This document shows positions 49,545-59,672 of a stretch of 64,000 nucleotides of DNA, in pieces. Position numbers and translations under genes: made by a program. Each line of letters begins with the position of its first letter. Within the stretch, counting starts at the first letter, position 1. Below the pieces are notes generated by a model. The model worked only from the letters and a program-made list of their open reading frames with translations, was not told the DNA's origin and made no database searches. Location of the stretch: positions 8,891 to 72,890 of the IMG/VR virus record IMGVR_UViG_3300045258_000102, one strand, 5' to 3'. This stretch comes from a virus.

Positions 49545-50126
49545 CTAAAAGGTGGTTGGTGGTCTAAACATCTCCGCCTGCACCGGCTCGGCCGGCACAT
49601 CCAGCGGCACAATCTCGATCTCGACGCACGGCTGCGTCCCCAGCGGGCAATAGAACTTCTCAACCGGGCCGGTGACCGTCTGCGCGTCGTCGACGTACAA
49701 GACGCCCGTGAGTGCGTCCTCGACGGCACGAGCCAGCTTGAGGCGATCGGGGCGCACGGTGTGCATCGCGTCCGAGTACCGCGCCTTGAGCAGCCCAGCA
49801 TTCTTGCCAGTGCCGAAGTGGTAGCCCGGGCGCTCGAGGTAGAACCGAAGTTTCAATTCCAGCGGGCCGGCCAGCGGATCCATGCCCGCGAACTTGGCCT
49901 TGGCCTCGCGAGTGATCTTCTGCATCCAGGGCGTCGAGTTCGGGTTGTCGTCTCGCACGTACTGCATCGGCCTGCCGCTGGCGGTCTTCTTCGGTGTCCG
50001 GAACGGCCTACCGTCGACGTCGTAGACGACTTTGCCCGTCGCTGGGTCGACGACGTCCTTGTAGACCGTGACCGGGATCTTGGAACCACGTGGCTCGGGT
50101 TTTCCTCGAACGGTGAGGGCGATCAC
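49545..50126 (-). CDS. rusA: RusA-family Holliday junction resolvase
   Basis: V.GKPEPRGSK, F...RP..H, RPD..KL.RAV.DALTG..Y.DDAQ.V. Confidence 0.9.
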   Translation of the reverse strand: MIALTVRGKPEPRGSKIPVTVYKDVVDPATGKVVYDVDGRPFRTPKKTASGRPMQYVRDDNPNSTPWMQKITREAKAKFAGMDPLAGPLELKLRFYLERPGYHFGTGKNAGLLKARYSDAMHTVRPDRLKLARAVEDALTGVLYVDDAQTVTGPVEKFYCPLGTQPCVEIEIVPLDVPAEPVQAEMFRPPTTF

Positions 50127-50815
50127 GCCGCACCTCCCTGGTCACCTGATTGGTCCGTCAGCTGCTTCACCACGTCGCCAATCGTCTTCGGACCGCCGTC
50201 GGCAATCCGTTCTCGTCGATCGCTGCCGTCAACTGGCGGCGCCAACACTGGCTGCGACGTGCCGATCCGCAGCGTCTCGCCCGTGTAGGCGTTGAGCTTG
50301 CCGAGAATCCGGTCCGGAAACTGGCTGTTGGCGATCTCGGTTCGCCCCGTGAGTGGTCGCCTCAGCTCCTCGGAAATACGACCGGAGTTGCACAGCCGCA
50401 CGTACGTTTCCTTGAACGACTTCTTGAGCCACACGAAGTAATCGTCTCCACACTTCTCGCAGCAGTGGATCCAGCCGCCCAAGAGTCGCACAGTGGCGTT
50501 GATGATCCCGTCGTCGAACGTCACCGAGTGATCCGAGCCCTCCATGCTCACAGCCCGATCAAACTCGTGCCACGCGATGTCGGCTCGTGCCTCGAAGGTC
50601 GCGCCGCCGGTCACCGCCGCCTGCCGCAGCTGACCTGGCGTCGGCATAAAGCCGCTCGGAGAGCAAAGTAATCTGGTCGTCGCAGCGTCCAAATCGTCGT
50701 CCGAAACGTGTGACAAAGCGATCTCGTACGCCTTGAAAGTCAAGGCAGTCGGATGGCGGTTGTATGCCTCGCAGAGCGTGCCGACGACGGCTGCGATCTT
50801 CGGTTTGCTAGCCAT
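50123..50815 (-). CDS. DUF6475-like replication-associated (helicase loader/inhibitor-like) protein
   Basis: FMPTPGQL, SVTFDD.IINAT.R.LGGW...F...Y. Confidence 0.7.
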   Translation of the reverse strand: MASKPKIAAVVGTLCEAYNRHPTALTFKAYEIALSHVSDDDLDAATTRLLCSPSGFMPTPGQLRQAAVTGGATFEARADIAWHEFDRAVSMEGSDHSVTFDDGIINATVRLLGGWIHCCEKCGDDYFVWLKKSFKETYVRLCNSGRISEELRRPLTGRTEIANSQFPDRILGKLNAYTGETLRIGTSQPVLAPPVDGSDRRERIADGGPKTIGDVVKQLTDQSGDQGGAA

Positions 50816-51620
50816 CGAACCCTCCCAGAAATTGTTCGGCCGCGGTGCGTGTCCCGCGCGGGTCTCGACGCGATCGCTGCCACGTCGCTGGATCGTCGTC
50901 GTACTGGCCGGCGTTGAGCCAAGTTGCCGGGTGTGGAATGTATTGCGTGTCGCCATTCGCCAACTCCGAGGCGGAGAATGCACGCACGCGGTCGAGCAGG
51001 AATGCGTGCGGGTCGTCCGACCCTGGACCGGCCTCGACTGGTCGCGATTTGATCACTCGAACCGCGAGATCGTAGGCTTTTTTGGCACTGCGCTTAGCGA
51101 TCTTGTTGGGAACGAACGCCCAGAAACGATCAAATGGAGTTTCAGTTCCATTTTCAGATTCATGTTCATCTTCAGTTACATTTACATCTTCAACCCGCGA
51201 TGCTATTTTTTGCCGCTTGCTTTGCGATGCGTCTGCCATAGCAATCGCATTGCCGATGCCATCTGAACTGCCATCGGATTTGCCACCCCAGCGAGATTCA
51301 GCGCCGGCCCTTCCAGCTGATGACCGAACGCGCTTCAGTCGTTTCAGCTCGGAACGTATTTTCTCTAGGCGACCGTTTTTCAGTTGACCGTTTCCAAGGT
51401 CCTTGAACTTTGCCCGAACAGCTGGCCATGCGTCAGACATTTCGGCCGGTGACGCGCCGGCGATCCTGCCCACCTTCACAGCGTCGTCGGGCACCCAGAA
51501 CTTGTGCCATTGGTGACAAAGACAGCGGATGTAGATGCCGACCTCGGTCGGCGACATTTCCAGCGTGCCGGCGGTGAAGTCTTCTGGGTAGAACAGAAAA
51601 GCTGGGTACTCAGCCATCAA
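50808..51620 (-). CDS. DUF1376 (YdaU-like) phage replication initiator
   Basis: YPAFLFYPEDF..GT..MS..EVG.YI..LC.QW; C-terminal FDRFW...K..A.KAY and YIPHPATWLN..QY.D. Confidence 0.85.
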   Translation of the reverse strand: MMAEYPAFLFYPEDFTAGTLEMSPTEVGIYIRCLCHQWHKFWVPDDAVKVGRIAGASPAEMSDAWPAVRAKFKDLGNGQLKNGRLEKIRSELKRLKRVRSSAGRAGAESRWGGKSDGSSDGIGNAIAMADASQSKRQKIASRVEDVNVTEDEHESENGTETPFDRFWAFVPNKIAKRSAKKAYDLAVRVIKSRPVEAGPGSDDPHAFLLDRVRAFSASELANGDTQYIPHPATWLNAGQYDDDPATWQRSRRDPRGTRTAAEQFLGGFDG

Positions 51621-52477
51621 CGCTGCTTCCTTCGCGGGTGTCGTTCGCGTTCTTCCTTTGCCATCGCCGACCGCACCGGGTCGTTGTGGCTGGCCACGAT
51701 GCCGTCATCCACTCCGTCGAAGAAGGCGCCGCATTTTCGGCACTTGAAGATGTCGCCGACCGGTTGCGCATTTTTGCGACCGCACTGCGGGCATTGGGGT
51801 GGTTTGTTCTTACTCGTCACTTCGCATCCCTCCTTCCACGCAAGCGTCGAGCGCCGCCATAAAGTCAGCGTCGTAGTCAATGTTGCGCTTCCAGTAGTCC
51901 ATCTTTACGAGACGCTTTGCGCTAATTCGAATCCCGCGCAGATCGTTGATGTCGGCCAAGTAGCGCACGGACTGATGCGGGTGGCCCTGCGCCATGGCCC
52001 AGAGCCTAGCCTCGTAAACACTCGCCGCCAGCACGTACCAATACCCATCCGGTCCTGGCGACCATTCATCGCGTTCGCGATCTCTTCGAGTCTTCACCGC
52101 CTCCACAATCCGCTCCGCCGGCACCAGCGCCACAGTAAGCTGCTCCGGCGTCGGGTAGTCCTTGCAGAGCTCGCCGTCGAGCTCCATGTGCTGCAGGTCA
52201 GTCGCCAGCAGGATCGCGGCTAGGTCGTATTTATCGAGGTACATATAGTCTTTCACGCGTTGATGAACGATGCTTCGTCGTATGCCATCGAGGCGCCGAT
52301 CACCTTCCGCTGGTCGTTCTCGGCTTGCATCCCGTAGATGCGCGCTAGCTTGTCGACGGATCGCTCAAACTGGTTGATCGCCTCGGTGAAGTTCATGCCA
52401 GGAAACTGCTCCATCGCGCTCTTGAGCGAATAGGCAGCACGTTCAAATCTCTCCGAGAGAAGGTTGACGTTGTTCAC
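51617..52477 (-). CDS. Three small genes (51617-51820 zinc ribbon, 51810-52256, 52253-52477)
   Basis: Overlapping starts and stops; CPQCG/CRKCG. Confidence 0.55.
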
Positions 52478-54249
52478 TTCGCATCCTCCCGGCCGAAGAC
52501 CGCGATCCAGTTCCGTCCCCGGTGCGCCACACCGACGCGATCGAAATTCATCTCGACCCATCTGTTATTCAGGTTGATCTTGCCCAAAAGCTGCTGCCGA
52601 TGTCCGAAGCTCAGCACCCAGCCGTGGACCATTTCACCGACCGACCACGCGCCGGATCCGTCGTCCTGGGCCAGGTCGTCCGTTGCCGTGCCCTTAAAGC
52701 CGAAGCGATGGGCGGAGGCTTCCACGCCACAGCCTTCGGCGAAGTGGTCGTACCACTGAACCCGGTGGCGAGCGCACTGCATCAAGCACGGATCGACGAC
52801 CAGTGCCGGCTTAGCGTAGGCGGCCCGCTCGGCGTTGATGCGCGTGACCATCGTTTGCTCGGTGCTTGAGAGCGGCGTCTCGGCCCGCGCCACGGTCGGC
52901 AGTAAGCAGAGCAGCGCGAGCACCACGCGACACCGTCGCTTGAGCATTCGGCCAATCATCGAGTTAAGACCGATGTAGGCGAGAAGAGCGATCAGGGCGA
53001 GTATCCACGTGCGCGGCTCCGGAACTGCCTTGATCGAGAGCCCGGTCGACTTCGTCAGCGTGAACGCCTTGCCGCCGATCGAGTAGTCGCCAAGGTAGCC
53101 GGTGAACGATACGAACCCATTCGCGTCGGCCTTCGCCGTCAGGTTGGTCATCACCGACTTGATGAACGCCTGCCACGCGGCACCAGCGGGGGTCTGCGTG
53201 TACCTGCCGTTGCTGAGGTTGTACAGCGCCATCGTCGGCGCCCAATCCTGCGAACTACCGGTGTTGACCCATGTCCAGTCGTAGACGCCTGTGGTCAGCG
53301 GATTGCCGTACATCATGCGTAGCGTCTGGTTCATCAGGACGTCGGTGTTCTTGAGCCCGGAGAAGCCACCGAGTTCTGTGAGCACGCTTGGCAATCCGAG
53401 AGCGTTGAGCTTGGCGAGGTTGGATGCGATGCTCGACGGCGTCGGCAGGGCTTCGCCCGACCAGCCCAAGTAATCTTCCATGCCGAGCTCACCGACGTAG
53501 CCGCCCGCGGCCTGGATCTCCTTAACGTCGTTCAGGTATGCCGTGGTGAACCTGCCATTGAACAGATGGTCGTTGTTCACGCCGGCCTGCAGGCTCGGCA
53601 TCTTGACGTGGATCTGGTTGTAGATGCTGGCGACGTTGCTATATCCGATCGCCTTGACCCAGTCGGTCACGCTGCTGGACTCGTTGAACACGTCCATCTG
53701 CGTGTAGTGCTGGTGCGTATCGTTCAGCACATAGTTCACGCGGCCCTGCAGCCACGTTACCAGTTGTTTCTTGGCGTTGGAGTCGCCGCCCATCGCCTTC
53801 TTCTGCAAGGAGTTGAGCCAGGACGGCTGGCCTTCCTCCGTGTTGTAGGCCAGCGTGTGGAACCGCGTGCTCAGTTTGTTTTTCGTAGCGAAGTCGTTGA
53901 ACAGGTCGATCGCTCCGAAGTCAATCCTGCCCTTCGTCGATTCCATGTCCATCGGGTAACCGCCGCCGCGAGGCGTGATTGAATTGGCGTTTGCCAGGAT
54001 CAGGGCCGATGCTGTCTTGTTCTGCAGTTGGTCGCTTCCGGCGCCGACCCCGAAGTTGAATGCGTTGCGCGTCATGTTGACAGCAACAGATTGGCCAGGC
54101 TGAAAGCCACCAATTGTCGCTGTCGCAGTTCGATACTTGGCAATGTTGGCATCCGCCGTGGCCAGCGCGGCGCTGTCCGACGACGAGAGCGCCGCTGATG
54201 CTGGTGACGCCAGCAGCAACAGGGTGAGGGTGGTGAGGATTCGGTTCAT
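52474..54249 (-). CDS. Signal peptide-GH10 glycoside hydrolase-PEP-CTERM-second signal peptide-CAP domain fusion
   Basis: SP ending ASA; RFHTL, MDVFNE (acid/base), VLTEL (nucleophile); VPEPRTW+TM+RMLKRR; hydrophobic..ARA; INAERA...W..S.GHR..LL...VGVA. Confidence 0.85.
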   Translation of the reverse strand: MNRILTTLTLLLLASPASAALSSSDSAALATADANIAKYRTATATIGGFQPGQSVAVNMTRNAFNFGVGAGSDQLQNKTASALILANANSITPRGGGYPMDMESTKGRIDFGAIDLFNDFATKNKLSTRFHTLAYNTEEGQPSWLNSLQKKAMGGDSNAKKQLVTWLQGRVNYVLNDTHQHYTQMDVFNESSSVTDWVKAIGYSNVASIYNQIHVKMPSLQAGVNNDHLFNGRFTTAYLNDVKEIQAAGGYVGELGMEDYLGWSGEALPTPSSIASNLAKLNALGLPSVLTELGGFSGLKNTDVLMNQTLRMMYGNPLTTGVYDWTWVNTGSSQDWAPTMALYNLSNGRYTQTPAGAAWQAFIKSVMTNLTAKADANGFVSFTGYLGDYSIGGKAFTLTKSTGLSIKAVPEPRTWILALIALLAYIGLNSMIGRMLKRRCRVVLALLCLLPTVARAETPLSSTEQTMVTRINAERAAYAKPALVVDPCLMQCARHRVQWYDHFAEGCGVEASAHRFGFKGTATDDLAQDDGSGAWSVGEMVHGWVLSFGHRQQLLGKINLNNRWVEMNFDRVGVAHRGRNWIAVFGREDAK

Positions 54250-54264
54250 GGCGATTTCCTTTCG

Positions 54265-54999
54265 TTACAGGGTTCTTGTATCGATCCACCACGCGACCAG
54301 AAACGCGAGCGGGTTCTTTGTCGTGGGATGATAGATTCGTCCGATGACGAGCGGGTCGGCCTTGCGCTGCGCTGGAAGGACGCCAATCTCGTCGAATACT
54401 TTGGCCGCCAGCGCTCGGCAAGTCGCGTCCATGACAATCGGCTGCGCGAGTGAGATTGGGAATTCGATCTCTTGGAATTCCTTGGGGAAATAACGAGTGA
54501 GCACCTTCTGGTCGCCAGCAGCCGGATACTCGCGCTGATAGATGATTGGATTCGGGCTGCGGTTTTCACCCTTCCCGATCGGCGGATTGTTTGAGGACTG
54601 GGGAAACGACGACCAGCTTGACTCGCTGCTGTCGGCTTTCGGGCGTTTTCTGGTCGTCCTGATGGCGATTACGCTGACCGGGAAGTTCGGCACAATCGCG
54701 TAGCCAGCCTCCACGGCCGCTAGGCATTTCTCGTAGTACTGGACCCGCGCCAATGCGTTGTTTGCCTGTCGCTCGAACGGTCCGAGCTTCCAGCCGGCCT
54801 TTGCCGCCGTCTCGAGGCACTCGCACATTTCTTTTTCGTCGGCACGTACGATCTCGAGCTTGGCGCGAAACCACTCGGCGAGTTTCGTTTGCGCCTCGCG
54901 CATTTCGGCCGGATTCATCGCCACGAGTTGCATCTCGTCGCTGACGTCGCTTACTGTCGTCGAAGGTACTGAGCCTGCTGTCGCTAGTGACGTGGACAT
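54265..54999 (-). CDS. Conserved hypothetical phage protein
   Basis: 244 aa; AGGAG SD; DPLVIGRI...FLVAWW. Confidence 0.7.
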   Translation of the reverse strand: MSTSLATAGSVPSTTVSDVSDEMQLVAMNPAEMREAQTKLAEWFRAKLEIVRADEKEMCECLETAAKAGWKLGPFERQANNALARVQYYEKCLAAVEAGYAIVPNFPVSVIAIRTTRKRPKADSSESSWSSFPQSSNNPPIGKGENRSPNPIIYQREYPAAGDQKVLTRYFPKEFQEIEFPISLAQPIVMDATCRALAAKVFDEIGVLPAQRKADPLVIGRIYHPTTKNPLAFLVAWWIDTRTL

Positions 55000-55002
55000 T
55001 GA

Positions 55003-55230
55003 TTAGCTCCTGTTGGTGGCCACTGACAGTGGCACGTACTTCGGGCAACCGTAGACCGCCTTCGGCACGAAGTCGCCCATCGCCTCGTACTTGGCCAGCC
55101 GCTTGCGAATTAGGTGGTCGGTAACGCCCAACTCTCTCGCGGCCGCCATCCGGTTACCACACTGCCGGCGAATCGACGCCAGGATGGCTCGACGCTCGAT
55201 CTCCGCGAGGGTGAGGATTTCGTCATCCAT
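55003..55230 (-). CDS. Fis-family HTH protein
   Basis: TLAEIERRAI...GNRMAAARELGV....RKRL.KY. Confidence 0.8.
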   Translation of the reverse strand: MDDEILTLAEIERRAILASIRRQCGNRMAAARELGVTDHLIRKRLAKYEAMGDFVPKAVYGCPKYVPLSVATNRS

Positions 55231-55679
55231 TGCCAGCCTCCTGCGCTTTGCTGGCGTCAGCCTCGGCCTTCTTAATGGCTTCCTGCCACCTCTGCTCAAC
55301 GAGCGGTTCGATAGTGGTTACGGCGGCATTAAACTCGGCCATCGTGCAGAGACCCTTGGACCGCATCAATTCAATCACTGCGGCCAATCCGACGGTCAGC
55401 GCCTTAATCTGCGTCTGCACGCCGTCGTCGTACTCGCGCTCGGCTTCGATGTCCTTGGCCAGTAGTTCGCTAAGCTCCATTGCCGGTCCCTTTCACGCGC
55501 ACCAGAAACATGACTCCGCAGCGTCGGCACTTTTCTTCGTGCGTTGTGTTGCGCTCCGAGAACTGTTGCAGGCGGCAACACGCACACGTCCAGGCTATGG
55601 CGATGTAGGCTTTCACCTCGCCGATCTTGTCCGGAGCGGCCTCGCAGTCGTCGGGTTTGCTGATGCGGTTCTTAGCCAT
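55223..55679 (-). CDS. Two small hypothetical genes (55223-55480; 55470-55679 zinc finger)
   Basis: Overlapping ORFs; CACC/CRRC. Confidence 0.5.
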
Positions 55680-55905
55680 GCGACTTTCTTGAGGCTCGTT
55701 GTTCTTCTTGGACCTTGCCAGACAGGACGGCCGCGTCGTACCAGCTAAACGACAACTCTGGATTCGAGGCGAAGCGGCCGAACCGACGCAGCACTTCCGC
55801 CCGTGTCTTGCCGTCGTACGTGAAGACATATTTCTCTTTGCCATTGGTGAACGCGAGGATGTGGATGTCTTCGTCGGTGGGTTTGGGGAGGCCGATGTTT
55901 CTCAC
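55672..55905 (-). CDS. Planctomycete-type conserved small protein
   Basis: DIHILAF..G.EKY.F.YD...R.E.LR..GRFASNPELSFSWYDAAVLS, recalled as a Planctomycete chromosomal family; GTGA overlap. Confidence 0.7.
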   Translation of the reverse strand: MRNIGLPKPTDEDIHILAFTNGKEKYVFTYDGKTRAEVLRRFGRFASNPELSFSWYDAAVLSGKVQEEQRASRKSHG

Positions 55906-56165
55906 GTCGCGACTCCCATCGGTTTCTGCCGCACGACGCGCGATAGTCCCGCGACGCTCCCTGATCCGCCTACGCAAATCCAGGTCTCGCTGATCCCATC
56001 TCGCCAGCTCGACGTCGGCACGGCCCATGCCGTGTACCAGACGCCGCCATCGTCTTCGTACTCCACCGACACTCTCGAGCGCACGTCGCCACAGCACTCT
56101 TTGATGACGCGCAGCAGTTCTTGGATGTCTTTGGCGTCCGGTCGGACTGCGATCGCTGTGCTCAT
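55902..56165 (-). CDS. Hypothetical protein
   Basis: ATGA-coupled. Confidence 0.5.
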   Translation of the reverse strand: MSTAIAVRPDAKDIQELLRVIKECCGDVRSRVSVEYEDDGGVWYTAWAVPTSSWRDGISETWICVGGSGSVAGLSRVVRQKPMGVAT

Positions 56166-57667
56166 GTCGTTGCCCCAGCTGGTTCGAACGGCTTAGCTTG
56201 CATCTCTTTTCCGTCGGCCGGATCGCGCGTGGCCTCAGCCGTTAGCAAAAACACCTTACGCAGCTTCGCGTGCTCGTGGATGATCGCCCGATTGAACGAA
56301 TCACACGACTCCCAGGCCCCCTGTTCGACAACCAGCAAGCCGCCTTCGCCAACTCTCTCGACACCGAGGTCGATTGCCAGCGTCCAACGCTCACCTTCGG
56401 AAAGTTGGTGGTAATCGGTCTCCCCGCGCACCGGATGATCTGTCACCAAACGCGGCACGCCCTCGCGTAGCTCGACTTTGAGCCGATCGCACTTGATGGC
56501 GTCTGAGAGTACTTCATCCACGCAGCCAGCCGCCTCGCGGAGTCGCTTGGCCTTGGTTCGAGCAGCGGCAGCCGCTTCCTTGTGCTTCGTGGCCTCAGTC
56601 AGCTTCTCTTTGGCCATGCGGATCTTGACGCCCACGGCCATCGCTTCGGCCGCAGCGACAAGCGCGGCATCCGTCTCCGCGAGGTCGCCGGTAACTTCAC
56701 CTGCTTCCGTGAACCGCGCGATCGTGGCGTTGTGGGCCTTGAGGCTTTCGCGGTGCTCAGTGGCACGCTGTAGCTCACGCTGGGCCGACATGCACGCAAC
56801 CACGTCGCTCTCGTGGCGACGGCGGGCGACCTCCAACTGCTCGGCAAGGATATCGATGACTTCCTGTGCCCTCTTCGCCTCAGAATTGGCAGCGTCGAGC
56901 GCCTTCTGCGCTGCGTCCACCGATTCCCCCTTGTAGTCGTCCTGCAGCTTGCGCACGGCAGCCTTGGCAGAAGTAGCGTCGCTCCGCAACCGGTCGTAGC
57001 CGGTGATCTGAGCGCCGAGCTTCGCGTGGGCATCGCGGGCCGCGTCGTAGTTCGATTGCAGCCTATCGGCGTTTGACTCCGCTTCGAGGTCGACGCCGGC
57101 TGCGGCTTCTTCCATGCCGCGGGCGTGCGCCTCTTCGCGGTCTGCTTCACGTTCGGCTTCGAGCGCCGCCCGGTCGTAGTCGCGCTTGATCTTGCCGGCC
57201 ATCTCGACGATGTCGGTTGTGGCTGTAGACTCTTCGCTGACGACTGCCGGCAGGTCGGTGAGCGACGGGTGGCTTGCGAACAGCTCGCGGCTAGCTGGTA
57301 CGCCCATGAGCGAAACTAGGGCCTTGATTCTTTGTTTGTCGCTCGTTTCGGCGGTCTTCATTCCTGGATCGACGAGCTCGGCCAATGAGAACTTTCCTTC
57401 GAGCGTGTCCACCTGGAATTCGCCGTTGTGCCGCGTGGAAGCGCCGATCGAGATAACGGCTCCGCACATATTGAGTGAGCCGCGGCGTTGGCCATCGCGG
57501 AGGGGCAGCTTGCCATTGCCCATTGCGGCTTTCTGCACGGCGTCGAGCAAGATCGACTTTCCGCGCCCGTTGGCCGCGACGAGACAGGTCACGCCGTAGT
57601 CCTTGAGTTGGAAACTCAGCTTCTCTACGGGCCCAAGATTCGATACTTCGATTTCATGCGTCGGCAT
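56162..57667 (-). CDS. SMC/SbcC-like ABC ATPase with coiled coil
   Basis: I.V.NLGP, AANGRGKS (Walker A), long coiled coil, LSEGER signature. Confidence 0.8.
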   Translation of the reverse strand: MPTHEIEVSNLGPVEKLSFQLKDYGVTCLVAANGRGKSILLDAVQKAAMGNGKLPLRDGQRRGSLNMCGAVISIGASTRHNGEFQVDTLEGKFSLAELVDPGMKTAETSDKQRIKALVSLMGVPASRELFASHPSLTDLPAVVSEESTATTDIVEMAGKIKRDYDRAALEAEREADREEAHARGMEEAAAGVDLEAESNADRLQSNYDAARDAHAKLGAQITGYDRLRSDATSAKAAVRKLQDDYKGESVDAAQKALDAANSEAKRAQEVIDILAEQLEVARRRHESDVVACMSAQRELQRATEHRESLKAHNATIARFTEAGEVTGDLAETDAALVAAAEAMAVGVKIRMAKEKLTEATKHKEAAAAARTKAKRLREAAGCVDEVLSDAIKCDRLKVELREGVPRLVTDHPVRGETDYHQLSEGERWTLAIDLGVERVGEGGLLVVEQGAWESCDSFNRAIIHEHAKLRKVFLLTAEATRDPADGKEMQAKPFEPAGATT

Positions 57668-58130
57668 CGCTCTCTCCTTGCGTGGTGGTGTTCACATCGT
57701 CGCCGGCTTCGAGCGCGGCGAATCGCTCCTCGATCGCACCGATGCGCCTGAAGATTCCGCGAACAATGTCGTTGGGCTCTGAAGTCTCAAACCCCTCAAT
57801 CGCTCGCAGTACAAACTTCGTAGTCGCCGGCACGGCAGGGACCGTTGCGGCCTCCGCTGTCGCCGGCACTTCGGGGACTTCCGGCACGTCGACCTCGACC
57901 GATTCCAAGCCCGGCCGGCAGCAGAAGTGCGCTGGCGTCACGTCATCGCCCTCTTGCAGCAGGCGGAGTCGCGTCTCTGGTTGCTGGCGACCGCTGCGGT
58001 GCGTCACGAGCAGATTCACGAGTCCGTCCGGGTCGACTTGGATGATCGTTGCGGCCAGCGGACCGGGGTCGGTCATGCGACTGTTGAAGTACCAGGCGCG
58101 TCGGCCGATGGTTGGAATGAAGCTACTCAT
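57654..58130 (-). CDS. Conserved phage protein (PTxGR..Y...PxAA.I..V...VNL family)
   Basis: Motif IPTIGRRAWY...PLAATIIQV...VNLLV. Confidence 0.65.
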   Translation of the reverse strand: MSSFIPTIGRRAWYFNSRMTDPGPLAATIIQVDPDGLVNLLVTHRSGRQQPETRLRLLQEGDDVTPAHFCCRPGLESVEVDVPEVPEVPATAEAATVPAVPATTKFVLRAIEGFETSEPNDIVRGIFRRIGAIEERFAALEAGDDVNTTTQGESDADA

Positions 58131-59166
58131 ATTGGTCACTGCCTTTCTCAAAGAGTTCTTTCTTGCCCTTCGTCGGGTCCGCGCTTTTCAGCTTGTGCAG
58201 CTTCCAATCGCGTAGCTCGCAACCCGTCGTGTGGTCCTCTTCGCTCAGCTGCCCGTTGCTGTTGATGTGCGACTCGAACGCGGCCAGCACGTCGGCCTCG
58301 GTCTTTGCGTCGAAGATGGCGACGCCGTAGTCGGCGAGGTGCTTCGGGATGATCGGTGGCTTCGGACCCTTTGCCGCCGACTCTTCAGCTGTGGCCTCGA
58401 GCGGGACGGTAGCCGCGTCAATTCGCGTGTCCTCGTCGGTGAGCGGCGGGACGTCGACGGCCGGGTCGCCGGTGAATTGCGGAGCGGCCTTCTCGGCTTC
58501 GATTTGCCGGCGCAAGTGTTCGGCGCGACTGGCGGAAGGCGGACCGCTGAGAGATCCGACCTTCGCGTCGACGTCGCCAACGAACGCGTCTAGCTCGTCG
58601 TCCGCATAAACTCCGAGCAGTACGTCCGGGAAATACATTCGCGCGAAGTCGCGTGATGCCGAGTAGTAAAGCTGCAGGTCGGGGTTCGATTGCCAAAGCG
58701 GTGAGTTCTTCACTTTGATCATGCCGATTTCCGGCGACTCGTAGACAAGCGGCTCGTCCTCGCCTTTTGCCGTGGCCCATATTTTGCATTTCCGTTTCGC
58801 GCCTTCTCCGCTGTAGCTGTGCCGAAGCCTGCTCGTGATTGGGGCACGCTGTTCCAAAACGGCGTGCACCAGCTGAGATTCCCAGCCCAATCGGTCATTA
58901 ACTACGTAAGATTTGTTCGCTACGGCGTAGGGCGACAGCCGCCACTCAACTGCCTGGATGACAATGCCCAAGCAAACCCCAGGTCGATTCCGGCAATGTT
59001 TCGGGACCGCTTCGCCGCTGACCGCCATGAGCTTTGCGACGTTCATCACTTCTTCCATCGACTTGAACGCGAGGCCACCGGCCTCGCCGCTGACTGCGAG
59101 CGCTCCGGCCGCTCTCGTGTCGATCGCTGCGGGGACAAGTTCCTGCTTTGGTGCTTGCGTGCTCAT
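58123..59166 (-). CDS. recT: RecT-family single-strand annealing protein
   Basis: VPKH.R..PG.C..I..QA..W.L.PYAVANK.YVVN; SPLW..NP..QL.Y...R..AR...PDV.LGVY..DEL. Confidence 0.85.
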   Translation of the reverse strand: MSTQAPKQELVPAAIDTRAAGALAVSGEAGGLAFKSMEEVMNVAKLMAVSGEAVPKHCRNRPGVCLGIVIQAVEWRLSPYAVANKSYVVNDRLGWESQLVHAVLEQRAPITSRLRHSYSGEGAKRKCKIWATAKGEDEPLVYESPEIGMIKVKNSPLWQSNPDLQLYYSASRDFARMYFPDVLLGVYADDELDAFVGDVDAKVGSLSGPPSASRAEHLRRQIEAEKAAPQFTGDPAVDVPPLTDEDTRIDAATVPLEATAEESAAKGPKPPIIPKHLADYGVAIFDAKTEADVLAAFESHINSNGQLSEEDHTTGCELRDWKLHKLKSADPTKGKKELFEKGSDQYE

Positions 59167-59672
59167 GCGTCTCTCCTAAATGCGCCGTGGTATAAGTCGG
59201 CAGCTGCGGACCGCGCCGCAATTGCGTCCTCGATTTGCTTGAATCTGCCCAGATAGATTTTCCTGCCGTTGTGCCTGATCTCGGCCACCCACCGCCGATG
59301 TCGCTTAAGCCAATGCACGCCCTTTGCCCCGGAGGTGTTGTCGTTGTGTTTGCGTTGGTTGTAGTTGTTCTCGGATCGCGTGGCCTGGCGCAAATTGGCG
59401 ATAGAATTGTTTCGCGGATCGCCGTCGATGTGGTCGATGATTTCGCCAGGCCAGTCTCCGTGCACGTAAAGCCACGCAAGCCTATGCGCTAGGTAGAGCC
59501 TGTAGGACATGCAGATCTCGCGATATCCGTCTGGCCTTACGCGCCCGGCGATCTTGCCGGCGACGTGCCTCGACGCTCCACCGACAGAATTCCATGTAAA
59601 CACGCCCGTCGCCGGGTCATAGTCGAGTGCTGCCCTGACCTGTTCAGCAGTGAGTGGTGCCACGGTTTTCAT
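59163..59672 (-). CDS. HNH-AP2 homing endonuclease
   Basis: YDPATGVFTW, AHRLAW, IDHIDGDPRNN.IANLR, AP2 C-terminus. Confidence 0.9.
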   Translation of the reverse strand: MKTVAPLTAEQVRAALDYDPATGVFTWNSVGGASRHVAGKIAGRVRPDGYREICMSYRLYLAHRLAWLYVHGDWPGEIIDHIDGDPRNNSIANLRQATRSENNYNQRKHNDNTSGAKGVHWLKRHRRWVAEIRHNGRKIYLGRFKQIEDAIAARSAAADLYHGAFRRDA

